Shown: positions 38,451 to 48,509 of the stretch, piece after piece
Numbering within the stretch: the stretch's first letter is position 1
How the letters are laid out: each line of letters opens with the position of its first letter
Assembly (NCBI GenBank): GCA_965203555.1
Contig: CBDBCY010000004.1
Span: forward strand, 1,248,001 to 1,312,000
Source of the DNA: Acidimicrobiia bacterium
Lineage (GTDB): Bacteria > Actinomycetota > Acidimicrobiia > Spongiisociales > ZC4RG35
DNA: 64,000 nucleotides
Direction of reading: 5' to 3'
Notes under the pieces: generated by a model
Told to the model about the DNA's origin: nothing
Seen by the model: only the letters and a program-made list of their open reading frames with translations
Database searches by the model: none
Made by a program: the position numbers and the translations under genes

Positions 38451-39986
38451 CTAGTTGACGGCCTTGTCCATGCCTTCCCAGTAGGGGGCGCGCAGCTTGA
38501 ACTTCTGGAGTTTGCCGGTGGCGGTGCGGGCCAGCTCCGCGCGGAACTCCACCGAGGTGGGGCACTTGTAGTGGGCGATGAGATCCCGGCAGTGGTTGAT
38601 GAGGTCTTCGGGCGTCACTTCGGCGCCGGGAGCCAGGACCACCAGTGCCTTGACCGTCTCGCCCCACTTGTCATGGGGAACACCGATGACGGCCACTTCG
38701 GCAACGGACGGATGGGAGAACAATGCGTCCTCCACCTCAATGGACGAGACGTTCTCGCCGCCGGAGATGATGACGTCCTTCTTGCGGTCGGTGATGGTGT
38801 AGTAGCCGTCGTCGTCGGTGTAGCCCCCGTCCCCTGTGTGGAACCAGCCGTCCACGATGGCTTCGGCGGTGTCTCCGGGCTGCTCCCAGTAACCCTCAAG
38901 CACATGGTTGGTGCGCGCCAGAAACTCGCCGTCCGGGCTCACGGCCATGCGCACGCCGAGACCTGGCACACCCTGGCGGGCAAGTTTCCGGGCTCTCTCA
39001 GCCGGGGACAGGTGGTCCCACTCGGCGCGAGCACGGTTCATGGTGAGCAGGGGCGCCGTCTCGGTGAGACCGTAAAGATGGATGAACTCCCAGCCCAGTT
39101 CCGTCTCTATCCGCTCAATAGTGCGGGTGGGCGGCGGTGCACCGGCCACCACTATGCGGGTACGGCCCGCACCGGGGATGGGTCCGTCCCATCCGGCGGC
39201 GGCGTCGAGGATAGCCGCCACTACCGCAGGCGCACCGCACATGATCGTGATGTCGTGCTCGGCCACCCGGCGCAGGATCTCGGCGCCGTCCACCTTGCGC
39301 AACACCACCTGCTTGGCTCCCATGCCAACCAGTGCATAGGGCATCCCCCATCCGTTGCAGTGGAACATGGGCAGGGTGTGCAGATAGTTGTCGCGGTCGC
39401 TCACCGTCGCCTGCCAGCCGAAGACCGCCGCGTTGAGCCACAGACTGCGGTGGGTCTGCTGAACGCCCTTGGGCCGGGCGGTCGTGCCCGAGGTGTAATT
39501 GATAACTGCGGTTTCATCCTCATCGGGCGTCCATGGCCGAAGAGTCGCACCGAAGCGGAACATCGCCTTATCAGAATCGACACCCAGCACGAACTTGTGT
39601 CGACACTCGACAGGCGCCAGTTTGTCGGCCAGTTCAGGATCGACCAATAATATGTCGGCGCCGCAATGCTCGACGATGTAGGCCACCTCGTCGGTGCTGA
39701 GCCGGAAGTTGACGGGCACGAACACCCGGCCGTTCCCGCTCACTCCCCAAAAAGAGGTGAGCAGGCGCCCGGCGTTATGCGACACCATGGCGACGCGTCC
39801 ACCCATCGGCACGCCCAGTGCATCGAGCCCAGCCCCCATGGCATCAGCCAACTCTCCCAGACGCGAGAACGTCACCTCCCCCATCGAAGGGGCGGGCTGA
39901 TCAGACTCATCGACAAAGGCCACCCGGTTGGGATAAACAGCCAGAGCCCGGTCAAGGTGATCACGGATTGTGAGAGGAACCTTCAT
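38451..39986 (-). CDS. AMP-binding acyl-CoA synthetase
   Basis: YTSGTTARPKG, LPMFHCNGW, YGLTE, WFHTGD, DRKKDVIISGGENVSSIEVE, TGKLQKF. Confidence 0.95.
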   Translation of the reverse strand: MKVPLTIRDHLDRALAVYPNRVAFVDESDQPAPSMGEVTFSRLGELADAMGAGLDALGVPMGGRVAMVSHNAGRLLTSFWGVSGNGRVFVPVNFRLSTDEVAYIVEHCGADILLVDPELADKLAPVECRHKFVLGVDSDKAMFRFGATLRPWTPDEDETAVINYTSGTTARPKGVQQTHRSLWLNAAVFGWQATVSDRDNYLHTLPMFHCNGWGMPYALVGMGAKQVVLRKVDGAEILRRVAEHDITIMCGAPAVVAAILDAAAGWDGPIPGAGRTRIVVAGAPPPTRTIERIETELGWEFIHLYGLTETAPLLTMNRARAEWDHLSPAERARKLARQGVPGLGVRMAVSPDGEFLARTNHVLEGYWEQPGDTAEAIVDGWFHTGDGGYTDDDGYYTITDRKKDVIISGGENVSSIEVEDALFSHPSVAEVAVIGVPHDKWGETVKALVVLAPGAEVTPEDLINHCRDLIAHYKCPTSVEFRAELARTATGKLQKFKLRAPYWEGMDKAVN

Positions 39987-40062
39987 GTCCCCCATTTTAA
40001 GGCAGGCACAGCCCGAACCGCTGGTGATGGCTAACACCATTTGAGGGCAATCCCGACTCAAC

Positions 40063-40127
40063 GAAGAAACGGCCCCGGCTTCTACCGGGGCCGTCGGCCT
40101 CGGACTACTCGCCCGAGGGGGGTACAC
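40063..40127 (-). ncRNA. Candidate ~65-nt two-hairpin small RNA (alternatively only the terminator of the upstream SDR)
   Basis: Promoter TGTCAC-N10-TATCGT at 40154-40133; then CCCCCC, hairpin CCTCGGGC-GAGTA-GTCCGAGG, and terminator ACGGCCCCGG-TAGAAG-CCGGGGCCGT-TTCTT. Confidence 0.45.
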
Positions 40128-40335
40128 CGGTGACGATAACACGGTACTGTGACATCCTTCAAGTATCGTGGTGATTCTTGTGATAAACGGGGAGCGGGTT
40201 GTCAGTTACATCGATGGATACAACCTAATACCACTTTCACGATATCCCAAAGGGTGATCCGGTCTAGTCGACTGCCTGATCCCGTTATAACGTCATCAGG
40301 GAAGAACTCAACGCTCCGACCGGCTGGCTTCCGAC

Positions 40336-41097
40336 CTACACCACGCTCCAGCCGCCGTCCACGAACAGGGTGTGGCCGGTGACGTAACTGCCGGTGGCGC
40401 CTGCCAGGAAGACCACGGCTTGGGCTACCTCTTTGGGTTGGCCGTACCGCCCCAGAGGGACGGAGGCTTCAACGGCGGCCACCTGCTCGGCGGTGGCGGG
40501 ATCACTGCGAAACGGGGCGTTCATCGATGTTGCCGTGGGTCCCGGCGCCACCGCATTGACCCTGACCCCGAACTCGCTCCACTCCGCCGCCATGGTCTTG
40601 GTCAGGCCGATCATGCCGGCTTTGGCGGCCGCGTTGGCGGCCAGTCGGGGAAAGGCGAACGGACCGGCGATGGAGGCTATGTTCACCACCGATCCTGAAC
40701 GCTGGCTGATGAGATAGGGAGCGGCTGCTCGAGTGACGTAGAACACCGATGAGAGGTTGGTGGCGATTATGCGTTCCCATTCGGAGACCTCCAACTCCTC
40801 CACCCGGGCAAGGCGTCCCCGTTGGCCGGCGTTGTTCACCACCACATCCAGTCCCCCCAACTGGGCGACCAGGCTCCCCACGGCTGATTCGACCGCCTGC
40901 TGGTCGGTCACATCGCAAGGGACGACCACTCCGTTGGATGGCCCGATCAATTCCAGCGTCTCCTCCAGACCCGGGCGACGGCGGGCCATCAGCGCCACCT
41001 GGGCGCCTTCCCGGGCCAGCCCCATGGCAATGGCCCGACCGATACCCTGACTTGCGCCGGTAACCAACGCCACCTTGCCGTTCAGTTGCGTTTCCAT
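40336..41097 (-). CDS. SDR paralog 1 with catalytic Tyr replaced by Asn
   Basis: VTGASQGIG, NNAG, NIAS; ANAAAK where the paralogs have GYAASK/SYSASK. Confidence 0.9.
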   Translation of the reverse strand: METQLNGKVALVTGASQGIGRAIAMGLAREGAQVALMARRRPGLEETLELIGPSNGVVVPCDVTDQQAVESAVGSLVAQLGGLDVVVNNAGQRGRLARVEELEVSEWERIIATNLSSVFYVTRAAAPYLISQRSGSVVNIASIAGPFAFPRLAANAAAKAGMIGLTKTMAAEWSEFGVRVNAVAPGPTATSMNAPFRSDPATAEQVAAVEASVPLGRYGQPKEVAQAVVFLAGATGSYVTGHTLFVDGGWSVV

Positions 41098-41263
41098 GGC
41101 CTTGCCCGACCTCCTTTGCTCAACATGTGCACACGCTTGACTTCTCACTCCAATCCCTGATGGCCCACCCTGGTGAGCGAAACCTCTCCTCGGCCGAGGC
41201 GGCCCGTCGGGGTATTCGAATATCCTAGAAGGCCGCCGCCGGAGATGGCCGATCCAACCCCTC

Positions 41264-42025
41264 CTACACCACGCTCCATCCGCCATCCACAAAAAGGGTC
41301 TGGCCGGTGATATAGCTTCCGGTGGAACCCGCCAGGAACACCACCGCCTCAGCCACCTCCTCAGAGAATCCGTACCGTCCCACGGGGATACTGGATTTGA
41401 TCTTTGCCACCTGCTCGGCATTGGCCGGATCGTTGCGAAACGGGGCATTCATCGGCGTCTCTATGAACCCTGGCGCAACCGTGTTCACCCTCACTCCGAA
41501 CTCGCACCATTCGGCGGCCATGGTTCTGGTGAGCCCGATGATTCCCGCCTTGGAGGCTGCGTACCCTCCGATCCGGGGAATGCCGTACGGCCCGGAGATA
41601 GAGGCGATGTTCACCACCGACCCCGAGCGTTGAGCGATGAGATGACGGACGGCGGCGCGGGTGACATGGAAGACCGAAGACAGGTTGACCCCTATGATCC
41701 GGTCCCATTCTCGGGCCTCCAGTCGGTCCAGCCGGGCTCGGTTCTGCCGCTGACCGGCGTTGTTCACCACCACGTCCAGCCTTCCGAACTCGGCCATCAC
41801 CGTTTCGACCGCCGAGTGGATGTCTGCTTGATCTGTCACGTCGCAAGTGACCGCCAGACCGTCCGATCCCCCGACCGACTCCAGGGTCGCCTCCAGACCC
41901 AACCGATTACGGGCCAGGAGCGCCACCCGTGCACCCTCTCGAGCCAGAGCCACCGAGGTGGCCCGGCCGATACCCTGGCTGGCGCCGGTGACCAGGGCCA
42001 CCTTCCCTGCCAGTCGGGTCTCCAC
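41264..42025 (-). CDS. SDR paralog 2
   Basis: VTGASQGIG, NNAG, YAASK, VDGGWSVV; GTG start, same length as paralog 1. Confidence 0.92.
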   Translation of the reverse strand: METRLAGKVALVTGASQGIGRATSVALAREGARVALLARNRLGLEATLESVGGSDGLAVTCDVTDQADIHSAVETVMAEFGRLDVVVNNAGQRQNRARLDRLEAREWDRIIGVNLSSVFHVTRAAVRHLIAQRSGSVVNIASISGPYGIPRIGGYAASKAGIIGLTRTMAAEWCEFGVRVNTVAPGFIETPMNAPFRNDPANAEQVAKIKSSIPVGRYGFSEEVAEAVVFLAGSTGSYITGQTLFVDGGWSVV

Positions 42026-42184
42026 CCCCGCTACCCGATCCTGATCATGGCAGCCGGCACGCTGTCGTCTGAGGTTGATGGACATCCCAGACGGTTCCGC
42101 CTGCCGGTTCCTTCTGCGTTTTCTGATGGAATGTCATAGACAAGATGCATGAATAGGCTAGGGGAAAACGGCTGAAGGAGAGGG

Positions 42185-43591
42185 TTGGCTAACACCACAC
42201 TGATCAGAGGTGGAAGGGTCGTCACCGCCCAAAGCGATGTAACCGAAGACATCCTCATCGAGGACGGAAAGATCCTGAGAATGGGAGATCTGGCTGGCTT
42301 TCCGGCCGATCAGGTGATCGACGCCTCCGGCAAACTGGTCATTCCCGGTGGCATCGATCCTCACACCCACTTCGATCTTCCGTCGATGGGCACCGTCGGC
42401 GTCGACGACTTCTACACGGGGACCGCCGCGGCGGCAGTGGGCGGGACCACCACCATCATCGACTTCCCCACCCAGAACCGGGGCGAGGATCCCCGGGTCT
42501 CGCTTGAGGAGTGGTTCGGCAGATCGGAGGGGAGGACCGCGGTGGATTGGGCGTTTCATCAGATCATCACCGATCTGTCGGGCCCCTACCGGCCCTCCCT
42601 CCGAGCTTTGATGGAAGAGGGAATCTCCAGTTTCAAGTTGTTCATGGCCTACCCCAATGCCTTGATGCTGGATGATGGATCGATCTTGCGAGCTTTGCAG
42701 TGGACCCGGGAAAACGGGGGCCTGGTGATGCTCCACTGCGAGAACGGTCCCGCCATCGAATTCCTCATTCAGCAGGCGTTGGCGAGCGGGCGGACCGATC
42801 CCATCTACCATGCATTGACCCGACCTTCCACCGTCGAGGGAGAGGCCACCTCACGGGCGATCGCCCTGGCGCAGATCGCCCGGGTTCCGGTGTATGTGGT
42901 GCACCTCTCCGCCGAAGAGGCCCTGCAGGCGGTGGGAGGAGCCCGTCGGCGAGGACTCCCGGTCTACGCCGAGACCTGCCCCCACTATCTGCTGCTGTCC
43001 GACGACGACCTCCGGTCACCGGACTTCCAGGGCGCCAAGTACGTGTGCTCTCCGCCGCTGCGACCCGCCTCCCATCAGGAACCCCTCTGGCGGGGACTGG
43101 CCTCCGGCGACCTGCAGTTGGTCTCCACCGACCATGCTCCGTTCAACTTCTCGGGCCAAAAAGAGATGGGAAGAGGGGACTTCTCCAAGATCCCCAACGG
43201 CATGCCGGGAGTGGAGTGGCGGATTAACCTGCTGTATCACTTCGGGGTGGCCCGGGAGAGATTTTCGCTCAACCGCTGGGTGGAGATCACCTCCACCAAC
43301 GCCGCCAAACTGTTCGGCCTCTATCCGCAGAAGGGTGAAATAGCTCCGGGATCCGACGCCGACCTGGTGGTATTCGATCCCGACCGGGAACATACCCTCA
43401 CCGCCGAGACCCAGATGACCAGTTGCGACTACAACCCCTACGAAGGGCTGGCTCTTCGGGGAGCGCCGGAAATGGTCCTGCTGCGCGGAGAGACAGTGGT
43501 GCGGGACGGCAAGTTCGTGGGCCGGGCAGGCATGGGCCGATTCATCAGACGACAGCCGTCGGAGAGCCTTCATACCGACATACTCTCGTGA
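42185..43591 (+). CDS. hydA: Dihydropyrimidinase/D-hydantoinase, paralog 1
   Basis: PGGIDPHTH, GGTTTIIDF, SFKLFMAY, LHCENG, VVHLS, ETCPHYL, STDHAPF, IPNGMPG. Confidence 0.93.
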   Translation: MANTTLIRGGRVVTAQSDVTEDILIEDGKILRMGDLAGFPADQVIDASGKLVIPGGIDPHTHFDLPSMGTVGVDDFYTGTAAAAVGGTTTIIDFPTQNRGEDPRVSLEEWFGRSEGRTAVDWAFHQIITDLSGPYRPSLRALMEEGISSFKLFMAYPNALMLDDGSILRALQWTRENGGLVMLHCENGPAIEFLIQQALASGRTDPIYHALTRPSTVEGEATSRAIALAQIARVPVYVVHLSAEEALQAVGGARRRGLPVYAETCPHYLLLSDDDLRSPDFQGAKYVCSPPLRPASHQEPLWRGLASGDLQLVSTDHAPFNFSGQKEMGRGDFSKIPNGMPGVEWRINLLYHFGVARERFSLNRWVEITSTNAAKLFGLYPQKGEIAPGSDADLVVFDPDREHTLTAETQMTSCDYNPYEGLALRGAPEMVLLRGETVVRDGKFVGRAGMGRFIRRQPSESLHTDILS

Positions 43592-43845
43592 ACCAGGGTC
43601 TGGTCGGCCAGGTGCATGAGCCTTGGCGTGGATCGCTAAAAAAGGAGCCAGTGCAGTGTGTTCTTCGTCACAGGTGTGGCCCATATTGGAAGGGTCGAAC
43701 ACCTCTCGGTCCGGTCCGACGTCGCCAGTCCGCCCAAAGACCCATTTTGGAGGTCAGAGGTCATATCTCAAAACTAAATATCTGCCCTTTCGGATCCAGG
43801 ATTACAGATTCTTTTAGCGCTTTTTGTAGTGGTTAGAGGTAGTTT

Positions 43846-44134
43846 TATCACACCCCCCTGGCATACTCAGTGGGTAATGGGACTGAAAAACACCCACAGC
43901 CGGTCATCAACCGGGAGCAGGGTGGCTGCCAGGAATCAAGCACGGTTCGTGCCGCCTGCCCTGCCGGTCAAAGAGACTTCGCTTTCCGACTTGAAAGAAC
44001 AGATCCGCTCTGCCAGCCGAGTGAAAGCCCAAGCCGAAGCCCTCCGAGCCCGCGCCGCGGCCGAGTTCGCCAAAAGAGCAGGAGACAGCCTGGCGGAAAA
44101 GACTCTCCGGGAACTCCTGATCCAAGTGAGTTGA
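43846..44134 (+). pseudogene. Truncated DUF222-HNH gene (N-terminus only) with its promoter TATCAC-N10-CATACT
   Basis: PALPVKETSLSDLKEQIRSASRVKAQAEALRARAAAEF...EKTLRE aligns with PSLPVVEASVEELKQRIQSTIRVQNQVAAVRAQAVSEL...ETILRE of 14573-15796. Confidence 0.8.
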
Positions 44135-44182
44135 CTCCACGAAACCGGGTGATCATCAGACTGCAAGGCAGTCGTCTTGGTT

Positions 44183-47100
44183 CTATTCTTGGGAGCCTTT
44201 GGTGATCATCACCAGTGTTGGCAGGCCGAATAGGACGAAGAAGCCGGACATGATGAGTCCGCCGACAATGCTGACCGCCAGGGGGACGAGGACGGTAAGT
44301 CCTTCGCTGCGTTCGTAGAGCAGGGGCAGCAAGCCAAGTAGTGTGGTGGCGCTGGTGAGGAACACTGCCCTGAAGCGTTGGTTGGCGGCCCAGGCCAGGG
44401 CAGCGATTGCGGGTATGTCCTTGGCGCGTCGGATTTTGCCGTAGCGATCCAGCAACACCAGTACGTCGTTGACTACTACACCCGAGACGCCGATGATCCC
44501 GAAGATGGACAGTCCCGTTAGGTCCCAGCCGAGTATCCAGTGGCCTAGGATCGCGCCGGCTGCTGCTAGCGGGATTCCGGCTGCGGCGGCTAGTGGTTTC
44601 CAGTAGCTACGGAGGAAGGCCGCCATGAGTGCGTACATGGCGATGAGCATGATCGGGATTACTAGGGCCCAGTTTCTGAACAGATTCTGTTCGGCTTTCC
44701 ACCCACTGGACGTGTCGAGGATTAGACCTGGGTATTTGTCGAGCAAAGCTGGAAAGACCTCGTCTGAAAGGTACCTGCGGGCTTGGATCGGTGTCGTTAT
44801 TGCCTCATCCACGTTGGCGGAGACCAGCGCTGCCTGTTTGCCGTCTGCCCGGATTAGCTCTTTCAACTCCCGTGTTTCGCTGAGGGTGGCGACGGCGTTG
44901 ATCGGCACATCGCCGCCGGTGGCGCCAGGCAGGCGGATACGTTCGCTTGCCAATTCGTGTAAGCTCCGTCGCCTTTCCTCGGGGTAGCGCAGGATCACCT
45001 TTAGCTCTTCTTGGCCTCGCTGGATTCGCTGCACCTCCGTGCCGTAGAAACTGTTTCGCAGGTGCGTCCCGATCGCGATGGGCGTCAATCCGGCCGCGTA
45101 TCCTGCGGGGGTTAGATCGATTTCCAGGTGCCGTTTGCCCGGAGACATACTGTCATTGAGTTCGTAGGCGCCGGGCACGGCGGCAATGGCGGTCCCTAGT
45201 TCTGTCGCTGCCTGCTTTAGCGCTTGTTGGTTATCGTGCTTTAGCAATACAGCAATGTCGGCAAGGACACGGACACGCGAACTCCGGTACCGCATCGTTT
45301 CGACTCCGGCGAGGCTACCAACGGCATTACGCCATTCCCGCTCGATCTCCTGGAGCGACGCTCTACGAATAGGCCGCGGATGCAGTTTCAGGACCACGGA
45401 AGCCAGATGGCTGCCGTTGGGTGATGTTACGTCGAAGATCGACTCTGCGATGTTGCCTGCCAGGACCCTGACCGACCGGACCGTGTTCCCGCCTAGTCGG
45501 TCGTCGACAACGTACGCTGCGTCGACCACCCGCTCCACAGCTTCCAGTGTGTTCTCGAACGGCGACCCGACCGGAAGAAGCATGTTGACCTGGATGTCGT
45601 CTGTAATACTGTCCTGTTCGTCGAAGATGAGAACCCGGACGGTGTCGGTTGCCACCAGCGACACCGCCAGGACCAACACCAGCAGGGCACCGGTCAAGGT
45701 CAGCCACATGTGCCGCATCGACCATGTAACCGCTGGGGCGACGGTCTTGTCGCGTACCTTGTCCAGCCAGGCGCTTACCCGTTGTTGGATGCCCTTGAGT
45801 GGCCAACGACTCCATTCCTTACCGTGAGATAGATGCGCCGGCAGTATTAGGAATGCCTCGAGCAACGAGACAGCGAGCACGAAGACCGTGACATAGAAGA
45901 AGGGACGGAGCGTCTCGTAGTACCCAACTCCGAACAGCATCGGCACGAAAGCGAGCATCGTGGTCAGGACGCCGACAGTGACCGGACCGACCACCGACCT
46001 GGCACCCGAAATAGCCGCGCTGACAGCGCTCTTGCCCATCGCGCGTTCTGAGGCAATGCTCTCGCCCACTACCAGAGCGTCATCTACAACAAGGCCGATC
46101 ATTAGGAAGAAGCCGAAGATCGTGAAGATGTTCAAACTCATGTCGGCCAGACCGAAGAACGACATAGCACCAATGAAGGACACCGGGATACCTGCGGTTA
46201 TCCATACCGCCACTCGTAGGTCGAACACCAGAATCAGCAACAAGAACACCAAAAGCAATCCGATAGCGGCGTTACGCATGATGTCAGTGATGCGATCGAC
46301 CGCGGGTTCGGCCTGATCGCTCCAGATGCTGACTTCGATATTGGGAGGGGGTTCGTAGCTATCCAGCCAGTTCCTCACATGGCCGGCGATGTCGGATATC
46401 GACGTTCCCTCCAACGAGTTGACACGCACGAACACCGCTGGTTTGCCGTCAAGGGTGCTGACGATGTTCTCATCAGCGAATCCATCGCTGATATCGGCTA
46501 CGTCACCTAACCTTACGATGGCGCCGGCCGGTCTTGTGAGGAGCGGTATGTCCGCGAATTCCTCACCCACGGTGCGCTTGCCCAGGGTATGCAAGACGAT
46601 TTCCCCGGAGTCGGTGCGCAGTTGCCCGAAACTCAGGTTTACGGAGTCTCGTCTCAAAACCCCGGCCACTTGGGAGAAACTGAGATCGTGGCGGCGAAGT
46701 GCCTCCTCGCTCAACTCGATAGTTACCTCACGATCACGGGCTCCACGTAAGGTGACTTGTGGGAGAGACGGAAACTGCTGTAACTGCGAACGGATCTGCT
46801 CCGCTGCGGACCTCAAGTGGTCTTCGGATGCATGCGAAGACGCCACCGCCACAGTGATGACCTCATCCTTGGGCTGGACAAACTCTACCTCTGGTCTCTC
46901 AGCATTGGGCGGGGGAAAGGCTTCCACCCTGCCCAGAGCATCATGAACGTTTTCCATCACCGTTTCACGGTTCACGAATGTCTTGAGCTCGAGGGTGGTC
47001 ACGCCCAAGCCTTGAACCGCGGTCGTCTGGACCCGGTCGATACCCTCCAACCCGATGAAGGCCTCCTCTAAGCGCCGATTAATGTCCTCGTTCACTTCCG

Positions 47101-47329
47101 ACGCAGAAGAGCCAGGGGAATAAACAGACACGGTGATTTGAGATGGGCTGACCTTCGGAAAGCTCTGCAAGGGAAGGTTCCACGCCGCAACGAGACCGCC
47201 CACGACCAACAAGACCATCAGGAGGTTGGCGGCGACGGGATTCCTGGCGAAGAAGGCGATAGGTCCCCGCTTCTCGTCCTCCGCGCCGATGCCCTGCAGC
47301 GGATCCCGCTCGAAATCGGTGGCAGCCAT
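44183..47329 (-). CDS. RND (AcrB/AcrD/AcrF-family) efflux permease
   Basis: RNPVAANLLM, VRLGDVA, GLVVDDALVVGE, GVVVND, RFRAVFLTSATT; 1048 aa. Confidence 0.93.
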   Translation of the reverse strand: MAATDFERDPLQGIGAEDEKRGPIAFFARNPVAANLLMVLLVVGGLVAAWNLPLQSFPKVSPSQITVSVYSPGSSASEVNEDINRRLEEAFIGLEGIDRVQTTAVQGLGVTTLELKTFVNRETVMENVHDALGRVEAFPPPNAERPEVEFVQPKDEVITVAVASSHASEDHLRSAAEQIRSQLQQFPSLPQVTLRGARDREVTIELSEEALRRHDLSFSQVAGVLRRDSVNLSFGQLRTDSGEIVLHTLGKRTVGEEFADIPLLTRPAGAIVRLGDVADISDGFADENIVSTLDGKPAVFVRVNSLEGTSISDIAGHVRNWLDSYEPPPNIEVSIWSDQAEPAVDRITDIMRNAAIGLLLVFLLLILVFDLRVAVWITAGIPVSFIGAMSFFGLADMSLNIFTIFGFFLMIGLVVDDALVVGESIASERAMGKSAVSAAISGARSVVGPVTVGVLTTMLAFVPMLFGVGYYETLRPFFYVTVFVLAVSLLEAFLILPAHLSHGKEWSRWPLKGIQQRVSAWLDKVRDKTVAPAVTWSMRHMWLTLTGALLVLVLAVSLVATDTVRVLIFDEQDSITDDIQVNMLLPVGSPFENTLEAVERVVDAAYVVDDRLGGNTVRSVRVLAGNIAESIFDVTSPNGSHLASVVLKLHPRPIRRASLQEIEREWRNAVGSLAGVETMRYRSSRVRVLADIAVLLKHDNQQALKQAATELGTAIAAVPGAYELNDSMSPGKRHLEIDLTPAGYAAGLTPIAIGTHLRNSFYGTEVQRIQRGQEELKVILRYPEERRRSLHELASERIRLPGATGGDVPINAVATLSETRELKELIRADGKQAALVSANVDEAITTPIQARRYLSDEVFPALLDKYPGLILDTSSGWKAEQNLFRNWALVIPIMLIAMYALMAAFLRSYWKPLAAAAGIPLAAAGAILGHWILGWDLTGLSIFGIIGVSGVVVNDVLVLLDRYGKIRRAKDIPAIAALAWAANQRFRAVFLTSATTLLGLLPLLYERSEGLTVLVPLAVSIVGGLIMSGFFVLFGLPTLVMITKGSQE

Positions 47330-47342
47330 CTCGATGACTTCC

Positions 47343-48509
47343 CTAGGGTGCGCTACTCGTCAAATCCACCGCTAGACCTTCGGTAGCTCCTGCCGCTGCA
47401 CCAATCACTACCCCTTCGCCGGTATCGAAGGCCTCGACCAACTCACCGTCCACCGCGCGTCCCACACTCTTCGGCACAAACTCCACAAGGCGGCCGGACT
47501 TGACTATCCACACACTGCCCCCTCCCCGCAAGACAGAATCCGGGAGCACGAAAACGTCCTCGTGCACAGGTCCCTCAATCCGAACCTCAACAAACGTGCC
47601 CGGCCTAGGCAGCGACTCCGGTGGCACACCCTCCCCGAAATGCAAGAACAGCGCAGCCAGATGGGTCCTGGGGGCAACAACCGATGCAACCCCCGCCACT
47701 TCCGCATCCCACGATCCCGTACGTGCGGACACCCGAGCCGATCGGCCGATCACGGGCTCAAGCTTCTCCAGATCCGACGGATCGATCGGCACACGAACCT
47801 CCAACGCACCCACGCGATACAACAAAGCAATAGTGTCATCAGACCCCACCCCATCTCCCGACCCAACCGCATCCCCCGACCCAACCGCATCCCCCGACCC
47901 GACCAACTCCCCCACTTCTGCGCCCGACGCGATCACGCTGCTGGCAAACGGAAGAGAAATCACCGTACGTTGGAGTTCCAACTCCGCCAACTGCAAAGCC
48001 ACCCGCGCCTCGGCAAGCTCGGCCTCCGCTACCCGACGGGCCGCCTCACCACTCTCCCTCGCCACCCCCACACGGGCCTCAGCACTTCGAACCACCGCCG
48101 CCGCGTGGTCGACCCTCAACTCGAACTCAGCCGGATCGACCACCACAATCGGTTCATCGGCACCGAACGTCCCACCACTACGAAGCTTCGAAGACACCCA
48201 ATCCAGACGGCCCGTCACCTGGGAACGTAGCCTCACCGTACGCTGCGAACCCACCGTACCCGTCAACTCAAAGACCAACGACTCCGCCGTTGCGCTAGGT
48301 TGAAACACCTTCACCACAGGCCGCACGACATCCGCCTCCTGAACCGAACCACCAGAAACCGCAACAGAAGCGACACGTTCCACACGCGCAGGAGCCCGGG
48401 CAAGAACCACCGCGACAACAACCACCACCAGCACCAAAACCACCTGAGCCAAACCGACCCACCGCGACCTGGTCTGCTCTTTCCCGCCGCGATCCCGTTT
48501 CACCATCAT
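47343..48509 (-). CDS. RND membrane-fusion (periplasmic adaptor) protein
   Basis: N-terminal TM helix, SQVTGRL lipoyl half, alpha-hairpin, RTVISLPF, PGTFVEVRIEG. Confidence 0.85.
   Translation of the reverse strand: MMVKRDRGGKEQTRSRWVGLAQVVLVLVVVVVAVVLARAPARVERVASVAVSGGSVQEADVVRPVVKVFQPSATAESLVFELTGTVGSQRTVRLRSQVTGRLDWVSSKLRSGGTFGADEPIVVVDPAEFELRVDHAAAVVRSAEARVGVARESGEAARRVAEAELAEARVALQLAELELQRTVISLPFASSVIASGAEVGELVGSGDAVGSGDAVGSGDGVGSDDTIALLYRVGALEVRVPIDPSDLEKLEPVIGRSARVSARTGSWDAEVAGVASVVAPRTHLAALFLHFGEGVPPESLPRPGTFVEVRIEGPVHEDVFVLPDSVLRGGGSVWIVKSGRLVEFVPKSVGRAVDGELVEAFDTGEGVVIGAAAGATEGLAVDLTSSAP
47840..47900 (-). repeat. 18-bp coding tandem repeat (VGSGDA x about 3.5) in the MFP gene
   Basis: CCCGACCCAACCGCATCC at 47857 and 47875 plus degenerate flanking copies. 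Confidence 0.85.

Noticed and set aside
43695-43710. LexA SOS box upstream of the truncated DUF222 gene (TCGAACACCTCTCGGT)
   Set aside because: Only the left half matches TCGAAC-N4-GTTCGA, and it lies about 150 bp from the promoter.
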